Of a DNA stretch of 64,000 nucleotides, positions 54,195 through 63,610 are shown one piece after another (positions within the stretch are counted from its first letter, which is position 1; every line of letters starts with the position of its first letter). Below the pieces are notes generated by a model that was not told the origin of the DNA, searched no databases, and worked only from the letters and a program-made list of their open reading frames with translations. This stretch comes from Candidatus Saccharimonadales bacterium (lineage in GTDB: Bacteria > Patescibacteriota > Saccharimonadia > Saccharimonadales > 2-12-FULL-41-12). The position numbers and the translations under genes are program-made. The stretch is from NCBI GenBank assembly GCA_025451045.1, contig JANWLD010000001.1, positions 69,812-133,811 of the forward strand. Direction: 5' to 3'.

Positions 54195-55580
54195 TTAAAC
54201 ATGCAGTTTTTCCTTTATCGCACTGATTGCCGCACGCACATCCGGGTCATAAGACTGCTCTTTATCAATTTTTTCTACAGAATGGATAGCCGTAGTATGG
54301 TCTTTTCGGCCTAATTCCCTGGCAATCTTCGGAAAACTCAAGTGCAGTTCGCTGCGGATAATATACATAGCAATCTGGCGGGGCACCACGATCTCTTTGT
54401 CGCGTTTTGGTCCGACTAACTCTTCTACGGAAAGGGAAAAGTACCTGGCTGTACGCTCGACCACCTGTTTTGCTGTAAGGTGCCGCGGCCGGTTCTTCTG
54501 GCTGCCTAACAACGCAAGCGCAATTTCAAGAGTCGGCTCGAGCTGGCGCATCTCACAAAAAGCAACAAGCTGGTTCAATACGCCCTCCAGCTCCCGGATA
54601 TTGTTTTGAACCGAACCGGCCAAATGCTCAACAAGGTCATGCGACAAGTTCACGCCGTGTTGCTGAGCCTTAGATTGGATAATTACGCAGCGCGTTTCAA
54701 AATCCGGAGCCTGCATGTCTATTGCCATTCCCCACTCAAAACGTGAACGCAGTCGATCCGTCAGGGTGGGGATGTCCTTTGGCCGGGCGTCACTACTGAC
54801 AATAATCTGCTTATTGGCCTGGTGCAGGGCGTTGAAGGTATGAAAAAATTCCTCCTGAGTCTTTTCCTTGCCGGCAATGAACTGCACGTCATCGATAATC
54901 AAAACATCAGCACCGCGGTAATAACCGGCGAAATCAGTGTTTTTCTTGTATCTGATGGCGTCCAAAAACTCCTGGACAAACTGTTCAGTCGTTACATACA
55001 CCACCCTTGAAGCCTTTTTGTTTTCTATAAGTGCATTTCCTACGGCCTGGATAAGATGCGTCTTGCCAATACCCACTCCTCCATATAAAAACAACGGGTT
55101 GTATTTAGCCGCCGGGTTTTGGGCAATTGCTTGACAGGCGGCGTAAGCCAGCTCGTTGCCGGAGCCTACGATGAAGTTTTCGAAGGTGTATTTTTCGTTC
55201 AGCCCATGCCTATAAGAATGTGTCAGGCTGGAAGAAACCTCAGACGTGCTGCCGGTTGAACCTGAACTGCTTCTTCCGGATAAGATTACCGGACTATCTT
55301 CGACTTTTCGGTGCAATGAAGAGGCCGGCAGTATCTTATACTCCACAGTAACAGGATTTAGGCCATTGTTCTCTAGGCTTTGGACGATGATGTCATTGAA
55401 CTTGCTTTCCAGCTGCTGTTTTATAAATACGTTCGGCGCGCCCACCACCACGACCTCACCATCTATTCGAAGAAGACGTGTATTCTTGAACCATGTGGCG
55501 AAGTTTCCCTGTGATACTCCAAGCTCAATCTCACCCAATACAGTTTGCCACAAAGTGGTGGTGTCCAAGACTCTATTCAT
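54195..55580 (-). CDS. dnaA: Chromosomal replication initiator DnaA
   Basis: YNPLFLYGGVG.GKTHL, DDVQF, QEEFFHTFN, RL.SRF.WG, GRKDHTT; start uncertain (55580 or 55607). Confidence 0.98.
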   Translation of the reverse strand: MNRVLDTTTLWQTVLGEIELGVSQGNFATWFKNTRLLRIDGEVVVVGAPNVFIKQQLESKFNDIIVQSLENNGLNPVTVEYKILPASSLHRKVEDSPVILSGRSSSGSTGSTSEVSSSLTHSYRHGLNEKYTFENFIVGSGNELAYAACQAIAQNPAAKYNPLFLYGGVGIGKTHLIQAVGNALIENKKASRVVYVTTEQFVQEFLDAIRYKKNTDFAGYYRGADVLIIDDVQFIAGKEKTQEEFFHTFNALHQANKQIIVSSDARPKDIPTLTDRLRSRFEWGMAIDMQAPDFETRCVIIQSKAQQHGVNLSHDLVEHLAGSVQNNIRELEGVLNQLVAFCEMRQLEPTLEIALALLGSQKNRPRHLTAKQVVERTARYFSLSVEELVGPKRDKEIVVPRQIAMYIIRSELHLSFPKIARELGRKDHTTAIHSVEKIDKEQSYDPDVRAAISAIKEKLHV

Positions 55581-55630
55581 CCCCTCTTTTTCTTTTACTT
55601 GTTCCAATACTATAACGAACTGGAGGTTAG

Positions 55631-55755
55631 TTTTCCACAGTAATTTTCATAACATTTTATTTTTCATCAGAAAGCCGGCCAACAGATTAATATTTATACA
55701 CAGAAAAATACTCAATCAGTTAATTTGTGGATAAAAGTAGGGCAATGGTGGATAA
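55631..55755. promoter_or_regulatory. DnaA-box cluster upstream of dnaA
   Basis: TTTTCCACA 55631, TTATACACA 55694, TGTGGATAA 55726, GGTGGATAA 55747. Confidence 0.82.
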
Positions 55756-55908
55756 TTTAGCGGGAATGTTGGTAATAATATTGTCAAAAACACGGCGAAA
55801 GCCTAAATAAAAAACAAACGGGCTTGACACTATCCTCAGCTTGCTAAAAACTCGCTTATTAGCTAGTATTCGTAGACGTATTTTACAAAATAATCTCATA
55901 GGGAACAT

Positions 55909-56046
55909 ATGCCAAAAAGAACCTTCCAGCCGAAAAAACGCAAACGCTCGCGCCAACACGGATTTTTCAAACGCATGGCCAGCAAAGCCGGACAAAAGGT
56001 CATCAAGCGCCGCCGTTTAAAGGGGCGCGCTAAGCTAACCTCTTAG
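55909..56046 (+). CDS. rpmH: 50S ribosomal protein L34 (below ORF-track cutoff)
   Basis: [45 protein letters not shown]. Confidence 0.97.
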   Translation: MPKRTFQPKKRKRSRQHGFFKRMASKAGQKVIKRRRLKGRAKLTS

Positions 56047-56068
56047 TCCTCTGTTATTCTTATAATTG

Positions 56069-56419
56069 ATGATTTCACGCAAGCACCGGTTTCGTGGCCG
56101 CCACTCGTTGGATTATATTTACCGTCGTGGCAAAGCCCATCGGGCTGGTCCATTAACGATGAAATACCTCCCGGCAAAAGGCGAAGACTTCCGTCTGGCG
56201 GTAGTTGTCAGCAAAAAAGTCAGCAAGTCCGCAGTTAAACGCAATCGTATCCGTCGCCGGGTTTTTGAACAATTCAGAGATATTCGCAGACTGCAGACTA
56301 AGCCGATAAAGTATGACATTATAGTCACCGCTTTTGATGAAAGTCTAGCTACTCTACCCGCAAAAGAAATGGCCAGCTTGTGCCAAAAACTTGCCTCGGC
56401 TCTAAAAACCCGCAACTAG
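56069..56419 (+). CDS. rnpA: Ribonuclease P protein component
   Basis: VSKKVSKSAVKRNRIRR; follows rpmH. Confidence 0.95.
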   Translation: MISRKHRFRGRHSLDYIYRRGKAHRAGPLTMKYLPAKGEDFRLAVVVSKKVSKSAVKRNRIRRRVFEQFRDIRRLQTKPIKYDIIVTAFDESLATLPAKEMASLCQKLASALKTRN

Positions 56420-56542
56420 AGCTGTGTTAAAGTAGAAGGTATCGTTCTTGCCTTGGGATTAAAACGACCAATCAAGTGCCAAAAAACTTTTTGCACGACC
56501 TAACCTCAAGAGAAGAGCCTAAAATTAACAGGAGAATTAAAA

Positions 56543-57445
56543 ATGTTTCATACATTTATCGAACAGCCTGTCTTTAACTTGCTTATAACAATTTATGCCC
56601 TGATTCCCGGACATGATTTGGGCCTATCGATAATTATCTTCACTGCTATCATCCGCTTGGCGCTTTGGCCATTGGTTAAACGCCAGCTACATCAGGCCAA
56701 AGCGATGAAAAAGCTCCAGCCAAAAATAAAAGAGATAAAAAAGGCCTCAGGAGGTGACCGCCAAAAAGAAGCCCGCCTGCAGATGGAACTGTACAAAGAA
56801 CACGGCGTAAAGCCGTTTTCCACCATCGGCACGCTAATTATCCAGCTGCCGATATTCATTGCTTTATACCAATCGGTTCGAAAACTCATCGCAGACCCAA
56901 ACATCATTTTTACCGATGCTTACAGCTGGGTTGCAAACCTGCCTTTCATTCAGGATTTATCAAAAGATATTTCCCAGTTTGACCATACTCTTTTCGGGTT
57001 TGTAGACCTTTCCCGTAAGGCGATTGAGCCCGGCGGCCTCTATGTTCCAGCCCTGATTGTAGCCATAATTGCGGCCATCATGCAGTACTATCAAAGCAAA
57101 CTAATGATGCCGGATAGCAAGGATGCCCGAAAGCTTTCCGTGATATTAAAAGAAGCTGCCTCTGGCAACCAAGCCGACCAATCAGAAATCGGTGCGTCTA
57201 TCAGCCGAATGATGATGTACTTTTTGCCGTTCATGACCTTCATTTTTGCCATCAGCATCCCTTCGGCTCTGTCGCTTTATCTATTGACCAGTGCCGCCGT
57301 GGGCTATTTACAGCAGGCCTATGTACTTAGACAAGACGAAGAAGAAATGCATGAACTGGCTATTGAAGGCGAAGTAGTGAACAAGCCCAAAGCCCCAAAT
57401 AAAAAGAAGAAATCTTCCGGCAAGAAAAAGAGGAAGAAGAAATGA
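56543..57445 (+). CDS. yidC: Membrane protein insertase YidC/Oxa1
   Basis: IRL.L.PL, LQPKIKEI, LYKE.GV.P, IQLPIF, SAL.LY. Confidence 0.94.
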   Translation: MFHTFIEQPVFNLLITIYALIPGHDLGLSIIIFTAIIRLALWPLVKRQLHQAKAMKKLQPKIKEIKKASGGDRQKEARLQMELYKEHGVKPFSTIGTLIIQLPIFIALYQSVRKLIADPNIIFTDAYSWVANLPFIQDLSKDISQFDHTLFGFVDLSRKAIEPGGLYVPALIVAIIAAIMQYYQSKLMMPDSKDARKLSVILKEAASGNQADQSEIGASISRMMMYFLPFMTFIFAISIPSALSLYLLTSAAVGYLQQAYVLRQDEEEMHELAIEGEVVNKPKAPNKKKKSSGKKKRKKK

Positions 57446-57948
57446 GCGACAAAAACAAACCAGACACCAAACCCGACAAAGAAGCCGTCGAGCAGTCAAT
57501 CCAATATGCCAAGAAGTATCTGGAGGATTTGCTATCGTTTTTTGGCCTTAACACTGAAGTTTATGCCAGCAATAGCGAGGACGAAGTAATCGAATTGCAA
57601 GTGCCTTCTAGCCACCTTAATGGATTTTTAATCGGCAATCGCGGCGAAACCATGCACGGGTTGCAGTTTCTGACCAGCAGCGCGCTCAAAAACGGCGGTT
57701 TCGCCATGAACCGGGTAAATGTTGATATTGCCGAATATAAAAAACAGCGAGCCGAACGCCTAAGCCACAAAGCCGAAGAATGGGTAAAAGAAGTAAAAGA
57801 CTCCAATCAACCAATGGACCTGCAGCCGATGAATGCCGCCGATAGACGAGTAATCCACAAACTAGCCGGAGAACACGGGCTTGAGAGCGAGTCGGTCGGC
57901 GAGGGCAGGGATCGGCACATAGTGCTAAAACCGACCCAAAAAGCTTAA
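57442..57948 (+). CDS. Jag/KhpB-like KH-R3H RNA-binding protein (short form)
   Basis: LIG.RGET...LQ, PMNAADRRVIH, S.GEG.DR. Confidence 0.9.
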   Translation: MSDKNKPDTKPDKEAVEQSIQYAKKYLEDLLSFFGLNTEVYASNSEDEVIELQVPSSHLNGFLIGNRGETMHGLQFLTSSALKNGGFAMNRVNVDIAEYKKQRAERLSHKAEEWVKEVKDSNQPMDLQPMNAADRRVIHKLAGEHGLESESVGEGRDRHIVLKPTQKA

Positions 57949-60857
57949 TCTGCTTGCTGTTTCTTGCCGCGCAACCGGAAAAATACCGCTAAGGCCAATA
58001 GGATAATAAGAATTATTAAAATAGGGCCGACTGGCAGACCGTTAGATTTTTGCAATGGCACGGGGGTTTGGGTTGGTTGAGTACTGGCAGCCTGTGAAGA
58101 TGTGCTCAAAACTTGGGACTGGTTTAACAATAACGCACTGCCGGTATCGCTGCCAAATAGTATAGCCTGTGTTCCGGTACCTTGGCTTTGGCTATTTAAG
58201 ACAGTTTCAGGTATGGTCGAAACCTGCGCCTGCGGTCCGATAGCACTCTGTTGCGGCTGAACACTTACTACATTTTGGTTTTGGCTATCCACTGAGTCAA
58301 TTATATCAGTACTTGTTGTGTCGTCTAAAGGCGGGGTAACCTCTATAGGATTTTCATCGTCGGCAGGGAACCCAGTCGGTATAGGAATGTTTTCCGAAGG
58401 CGGCGTAGGATCAGGGACTATGTTATCTGATGATTCATCTGTCGGAGTTTCGGCAATAGGCTCAGTAATTGTATTATCATCTTGAAACGTCTCCCCCTCA
58501 ACCGGTAAAACGGGCTGCGGTTCGCCGATTTCCCCATCGGAATCGGTTTCGTAATCGGCTACAAAAACTTCCTGCCGATACTCAATGTTTTCTCCGGCTA
58601 CGTTTTTCCCGGCAATATGCAGAGTATGATAGCCGACAGGCACGGAGTCCGGCAAAGTTAAAGTATCGCTGATTGCTCCATCGCTGTCCGAAGAAAATAC
58701 TCCTAATGAAATAGGATCCGAAGTAAGTTTTACTTCCACAGAACTGTTTGGAGCAAACCCTTCGGCGTTTAGACTTTGTTCCTGATTCTTTGTCCACCAA
58801 CTGTCAATGACATCTGATTTGTTAAAAAAGTTAATATCTAACGCATCGTATACATTACTGCCGATAAAATCTTTAGCATCAGCGATTGTCGGCAAAGGCA
58901 CGACCTTAGGAGCAGAGTTCCTAGCCGCGAAGTTATTTGTTTTTTCCAATATGGCTTTTTCAATCAGTTCATGCCCCAAGGCGTTAGGATGGTAGCTTTC
59001 ATTGCCTATAGGCCCGATATCAAAAACCTTATCATTGCCAAGAGTCAGGCCATTGACTGCAAACTCCGCGACACTGGATTCGCAAAGCCTGTGTCCATTT
59101 AATGCATCGGCTATATCCACGTAGTAGACCCCGGCATTATCAGCAGCTTTTTTAATAACCGAATTTATATAATCAGCTAAGTTGTTAAAAAATTTCAATT
59201 CATCTTTATTAGCCTGCACATTTGGCTCACACGGGCCATCCGGATTGACCATCCTCGGGTAACCGATGACATAAATATCACTACCGGGGGAGGATTCTTT
59301 AAGCTGGGCATACATTTTCACCAATTCCGGGAAACGGTCGTTAACAGTTTTAATTAACTCAGCTCTCTCGAGGGGCTTTGAGTAACAGGTATCCGGCCAG
59401 AAAACACAATTTCTTACAATATTGCCAAAACCCATATCGTTTCCTGATATGGAAAGGGTAATTTTATCCGGTTTATATTTGAAAACGAAGTCTTTTTGCA
59501 TCCGATAACCGGGTAGGAAATTATCTAAGATTTCGTTATTAAATCCAACGTCTGTCTTTTCAAAAGATTGCGGATCTTGCTCCTGGTATCTTGATAGATA
59601 TTGACCATTAATATCTTTAATTTTGGCCCCTGAACAGGCAATTGACTGAAAAAGATTCAGCCCTAGTTCTTCACCAATCAAATACGGATACGACTTAACC
59701 GAAATATGGCACTTGTTTTTGGGGTTTTTTACATCAGTGCCAGCTTTGTAATCACGGGCGCCTTCGCCGCTGGCAAAAGAATCACCGAGAGCCAGATAAG
59801 GAAATTCTACCGGCGCATGGCCCGTGGCAGTTAGCAACTGTACATATCTTGTCCTAACCCCATTCTTAAGCGTTGTTCCATATAATTTCAGATTGTAATT
59901 GTCTATAAAACTTATTTTTGTACCAATACCCAGATGATCGGGCATTATTGATTGTAAAATGGGCTTCAGGTCGCGAAACTGGCAAGTCGCCGGCTTGTTT
60001 AGCAGAGATGATTTTGCGCAGTTATCTAAATCATAAATCTTGAAGCTAAGAGACGCGGCGACTGCAGATACGGCTACATACCTTCCGTCATTACTGACAG
60101 CATATTCAAGTAACGGGTCTTGGCCGATACCGTAAGTGTAGCCGGGGGCGAAAATCGATATTCCGCCTGTGTCGACATTAAGCCTGACGAGCCCTATTCC
60201 TATAGCATCAAAAACCACCCACTTTCCATTTCCGGAAACTCCTCGGGCATCCAGCCTGCCAAAAAGTTTATTGGATAATTCGTCCTTAACAGTTTGCGAA
60301 GTTCCATTGGAAAGTATGTGTTTAATCTCACCAGTCAAACCATCAACTTGAGTAGTTAGTCGATGCCCAATACCCCTTTCAATATTTATATAGGCGCCCG
60401 ATGGAGCATTAAAATCTAAGGATAAAGCATCGTCACTATTTGGCAGGGGCGACAGCTTAACTTTAAAATTATTTGGATAATAAACCTCACCAGAAATATT
60501 AGTGCCCAGTCGCGTTAATCTATTTGTTTTTTCTATCGTTCCGAACAAAGTATCAACGCCGCAGGAATTGTAGCTTTGCTCGCTTTGAAGAATAATTTTT
60601 TTGGCAGGCCGGGTTATAAATTTTTTCTGGATTATGCATTCCTGGTTGCCATCAACGTATAAAGGCATTTCCTCAAAAGGAATATTTTCCTTCAAGTTTT
60701 TAACAGAGGGCGTTTCTGCCGCCAGCCAAGGGGAAGCCTCACCAGTCGCTGAAGCCATCGAAGATTTTTGCGAGCTGACAAACACAGAAAAAATCAACAG
60801 GCTCGCTACTGTAAATAAAAAAGGCTTCAGGCTAATTCTTATAGGCCAACCCACCAT
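57945..60857 (-). CDS. Secreted/anchored SGNH hydrolase with propeller-like N-domain, Ig-like domain, acidic stalk and C-terminal TM
   Basis: LGDSFASGEG, SGND, ESYHPN; C-terminal hydrophobic helix plus basic tail. Confidence 0.85.
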   Translation of the reverse strand: MVGWPIRISLKPFLFTVASLLIFSVFVSSQKSSMASATGEASPWLAAETPSVKNLKENIPFEEMPLYVDGNQECIIQKKFITRPAKKIILQSEQSYNSCGVDTLFGTIEKTNRLTRLGTNISGEVYYPNNFKVKLSPLPNSDDALSLDFNAPSGAYINIERGIGHRLTTQVDGLTGEIKHILSNGTSQTVKDELSNKLFGRLDARGVSGNGKWVVFDAIGIGLVRLNVDTGGISIFAPGYTYGIGQDPLLEYAVSNDGRYVAVSAVAASLSFKIYDLDNCAKSSLLNKPATCQFRDLKPILQSIMPDHLGIGTKISFIDNYNLKLYGTTLKNGVRTRYVQLLTATGHAPVEFPYLALGDSFASGEGARDYKAGTDVKNPKNKCHISVKSYPYLIGEELGLNLFQSIACSGAKIKDINGQYLSRYQEQDPQSFEKTDVGFNNEILDNFLPGYRMQKDFVFKYKPDKITLSISGNDMGFGNIVRNCVFWPDTCYSKPLERAELIKTVNDRFPELVKMYAQLKESSPGSDIYVIGYPRMVNPDGPCEPNVQANKDELKFFNNLADYINSVIKKAADNAGVYYVDIADALNGHRLCESSVAEFAVNGLTLGNDKVFDIGPIGNESYHPNALGHELIEKAILEKTNNFAARNSAPKVVPLPTIADAKDFIGSNVYDALDINFFNKSDVIDSWWTKNQEQSLNAEGFAPNSSVEVKLTSDPISLGVFSSDSDGAISDTLTLPDSVPVGYHTLHIAGKNVAGENIEYRQEVFVADYETDSDGEIGEPQPVLPVEGETFQDDNTITEPIAETPTDESSDNIVPDPTPPSENIPIPTGFPADDENPIEVTPPLDDTTSTDIIDSVDSQNQNVVSVQPQQSAIGPQAQVSTIPETVLNSQSQGTGTQAILFGSDTGSALLLNQSQVLSTSSQAASTQPTQTPVPLQKSNGLPVGPILIILIILLALAVFFRLRGKKQQAD

Positions 60858-60902
60858 AAACTCCTATTAACTTCAGGAGTGATTATAGGCTTTAAATATT
60901 AA

Positions 60903-61490
60903 CTAATCTTTAACAGGAAAGTAAGAAAATCTTGATAGCCTACTACAGCCTACTAGGTTACTAAGTTTATACATTGTATTAGTTCCAGGCCTAAGAATAA
61001 AAGAGCATGATAAGTCTAAGTCTTTAAACTTAAAGCTATAGCTTATTTCATGAAACGTACTTTCGGAAGTAAAGTCGTCTTTAGCAAAATCTTTCTTTCC
61101 ATTTGTAGATAAAGATTGAGAATCTATTAAGTCATTACCCGTGAATTTACTTATCAATTTCTTTGCTTCAAAATTGGCGTCGACAATATTTTTAACATCT
61201 ACATTTAAACTCACATAGATACTACATCTTAAAGTACCTTTTCCATAAGGGACGCTTGAATAATTACATTGATGCGTTTTCAGGAAAGTTTTATTTTGCG
61301 GATTTATTGCAAGATTACTTGAAAGTTGATCAAGCTTTTTCTCAGCTTGGTAAAATTTATATCGTTCGACTCCAACTTGACCCAGCCAAACGAGGATCCA
61401 AGCGGCCAAAATTATTAGAATAGTACCGAGAATTTTATGTCTTAAATAAAATCGTTTTTCTGATTTTTTCTTTGGCATAATAAAAACCAT
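60903..61490 (-). CDS. Hypothetical membrane-anchored protein
   Basis: N-terminal TM, Cys residues, AT-rich. Confidence 0.65.
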   Translation of the reverse strand: MVFIMPKKKSEKRFYLRHKILGTILIILAAWILVWLGQVGVERYKFYQAEKKLDQLSSNLAINPQNKTFLKTHQCNYSSVPYGKGTLRCSIYVSLNVDVKNIVDANFEAKKLISKFTGNDLIDSQSLSTNGKKDFAKDDFTSESTFHEISYSFKFKDLDLSCSFILRPGTNTMYKLSNLVGCSRLSRFSYFPVKD

Positions 61491-61533
61491 TGTATACGCT
61501 TATGGTTTCTTACCCTATTTTCTTAATAAAAAC

Positions 61534-62433
61534 TTAATATAAATCTTCCATGATGGAAGTATCAATACCCGCGAGCTTCAGCCGAGCCTTATAAACTCGG
61601 TTATCCGCACCCTTCGGTGATATCCCGGTAATCTTCGCGATTTCGTCATAGCTGAAACCAAGTACTTTCAACGCGAGTGAAGTCCTTTGGCCCTCTGAGA
61701 AATGAAAGGAAACTTCAACCACTTGTTTGAGCAGATTCCTAATCATGACCATCCTAAAATTAGGGTCGTCCTCAGAATCAGGTGCCTCCATAAAGTCGTT
61801 GGGCTCAGCGTCCATCCCAGCCCAAGCGACCATAGCGTCATAAGAAGTAGCGGAAAGCGCCCGTTGCTTGTCTTCATCAGAAGCTTCCCCAAGGTGTGTA
61901 ATAGTTGAGAATTGAGACGCCGATTTGTAGATATGTTCCTGGAGCCTTCTCCAAGCCACTGACTTATAATAATGCAAAAAAGAGCCTCTGGACGGATCAA
62001 ACTGGGGGATAATTTCTTCGATAGTATGAGCTCGGACTATCTGCTCGAAGTCATCAAGGTTAATCCGTGAATTCTCCGAATATTTTCTAAATATCTTTTG
62101 TCTTGTAGGTGCCGTGGCTTCTTCCAGCCATTCGTACGCTTCCTCGAACCGATGCCTAGCGGGTTCCCCGGTGTCTATTACAAGACTATTTTGTAAATAC
62201 AATGCCGTTTGGTCCAGCAAGTGATTTTTTCTGGCTTTATCTTCAATTTCCACCGGTTTTGGATGCAGGCGAAGATTTATAAATAAGTGAACAGGATCGA
62301 CGATTGGTTGCTCAGCTGGCCTCTGTGGTATAGCCGCCGCCGCGTCTGTGCCTGTTTCCAGTAATTCTATTTCTAATGACGCCTCTTCCGTGGGAACATG
62401 GATTTCGCGTTCAATAAGTGTTTCCGGATTCAT
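61534..62433 (-). CDS. Alternative sigma-70-family factor (SigH/ECF-like) with N-terminal extension
   Basis: Region 2 FDPSRGSF..Y....AWRRL; region 4 GFSYDEIAKITGIS.K..DN..Y.AR.KL. Confidence 0.75.
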   Translation of the reverse strand: MNPETLIEREIHVPTEEASLEIELLETGTDAAAAIPQRPAEQPIVDPVHLFINLRLHPKPVEIEDKARKNHLLDQTALYLQNSLVIDTGEPARHRFEEAYEWLEEATAPTRQKIFRKYSENSRINLDDFEQIVRAHTIEEIIPQFDPSRGSFLHYYKSVAWRRLQEHIYKSASQFSTITHLGEASDEDKQRALSATSYDAMVAWAGMDAEPNDFMEAPDSEDDPNFRMVMIRNLLKQVVEVSFHFSEGQRTSLALKVLGFSYDEIAKITGISPKGADNRVYKARLKLAGIDTSIMEDLY

Positions 62434-62465
62434 CCCAACAAGTTTAACAGGCGGTAGTTAATTAC

Positions 62466-63593
62466 TCAATAATGTTTTTGATAGATGTCAAGAGTTTGTT
62501 GGGCCATTTTTGACCAAGAATATTTTTTGAGCCGGTTTTTGCCGTTTTCTTTGAGTTTTTCTTGCAGATTGGTGTCTAAAATAACTTTTTCTATGGCTTT
62601 TGCCATATCCTCCACGCTTTTTGGGTCAAAGTATTCGGCAGCATCGCCATAAATCTCGGGCAGACATGTGGCGTTACTCGAAACCAGCGGGCAGCTGTGG
62701 GCCATGGCTTCGAGCCCGGGCAGGCCGAAACCTTCGCTAAGTGACGGCAACACATAAGCAGACGCGTTTTCATACAGCCATTTGAGCTGGGCGTCGCTAA
62801 CAAAGCCCGGTGCGATTATCGAATCGCGCTCCGGGCTGGCGCTGACCCATCTGTCAAAGTCCTTTTTAAATTGGTCGCGCATCTTGCCCGGCAGTACCAG
62901 CTGAAGCCGGCTGTGGCGGCCTTTTACTATCTCGAAAGCTTTTATCAGCCGGTCAATGTTTTTGTGCGGGTATGGCGCGCCGACATGCAGTAAATAGCTT
63001 TGAGCTTTGAGCTTTGAGCTCTGAGCAAAGGCAGGCTCTTGGCTTTTAGTCTTCGTGGGCGGATCGGCGGCTTCGTATATCACAGCGGTCTTTTTCTTGG
63101 TGGATGCTTCGTGCTTAGCCAAATCGTCAGCTACAAACTGGCTTGGTACAATAATTTTCTTGGACTTCCTGTGTGAACACCAGAACAAAAACCTATAAAA
63201 AACCATGCCGATAGCATGCAGCCATGCCGGAAACCGGCTAGGCCGCGTATGCCGGAACATGGTTAAATCATGAGTCGTTGTGATTATATTGCCAAAATAA
63301 AATAGCGGCTGTTGAGTCATCGTAAAATGCACTAAATCCGGCCTTAACCTATAAAGCTGGCGCGCAAAACCGATTTGTTCAATGGGATTGAAAGAAAACT
63401 GTCGGAAACGACAGGGAACAGTCTTAAAATTTGGACTTTTCATCTGCCAATCGTCGTCTAGTTCTACCAAAACGGTATATTTGTTTGTTTTATCGATTTT
63501 CTGAAGGTTTTCAACCAACCGGTCAGTGTACCTGCCTGTGCTGGAACGTCTATTCCTACAGTCAATTACTATATGCTTCGGTTGGCCTGGCAT
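62466..63593 (-). CDS. Glycosyltransferase family 4 (GT-B)
   Basis: T.HDL, P.HKN...LI.AF, PSLSEGFGLPGLEAM, YFDP. Confidence 0.93.
   Translation of the reverse strand: MPGQPKHIVIDCRNRRSSTGRYTDRLVENLQKIDKTNKYTVLVELDDDWQMKSPNFKTVPCRFRQFSFNPIEQIGFARQLYRLRPDLVHFTMTQQPLFYFGNIITTTHDLTMFRHTRPSRFPAWLHAIGMVFYRFLFWCSHRKSKKIIVPSQFVADDLAKHEASTKKKTAVIYEAADPPTKTKSQEPAFAQSSKLKAQSYLLHVGAPYPHKNIDRLIKAFEIVKGRHSRLQLVLPGKMRDQFKKDFDRWVSASPERDSIIAPGFVSDAQLKWLYENASAYVLPSLSEGFGLPGLEAMAHSCPLVSSNATCLPEIYGDAAEYFDPKSVEDMAKAIEKVILDTNLQEKLKENGKNRLKKYSWSKMAQQTLDIYQKHY
62996..63026. repeat. Heptamer tandem repeat (AGCTTTG, ~4.4 copies) inside the glycosyltransferase
   Basis: AGCTTTG AGCTTTG AGCTTTG AGCTCTG AGC; encodes AQSSKLKAQS. 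Confidence 0.8.
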
Positions 63594-63610
63594 GCTTTAT
63601 AGTATAAGTC

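Noticed and set aside
53942..54202. 86-aa ORF between dnaA and dnaN
   Set aside because: Region is explained by DnaA boxes/oriC; protein has no recognisable features
55720..55995. 91-aa minus-strand ORF
   Set aside because: Antisense to rpmH and overlaps the dnaA promoter region
56420..56542. yidD between rnpA and yidC
   Set aside because: Only ~120 nt, with no YidD-like Cys motif ORF; weak hairpins only
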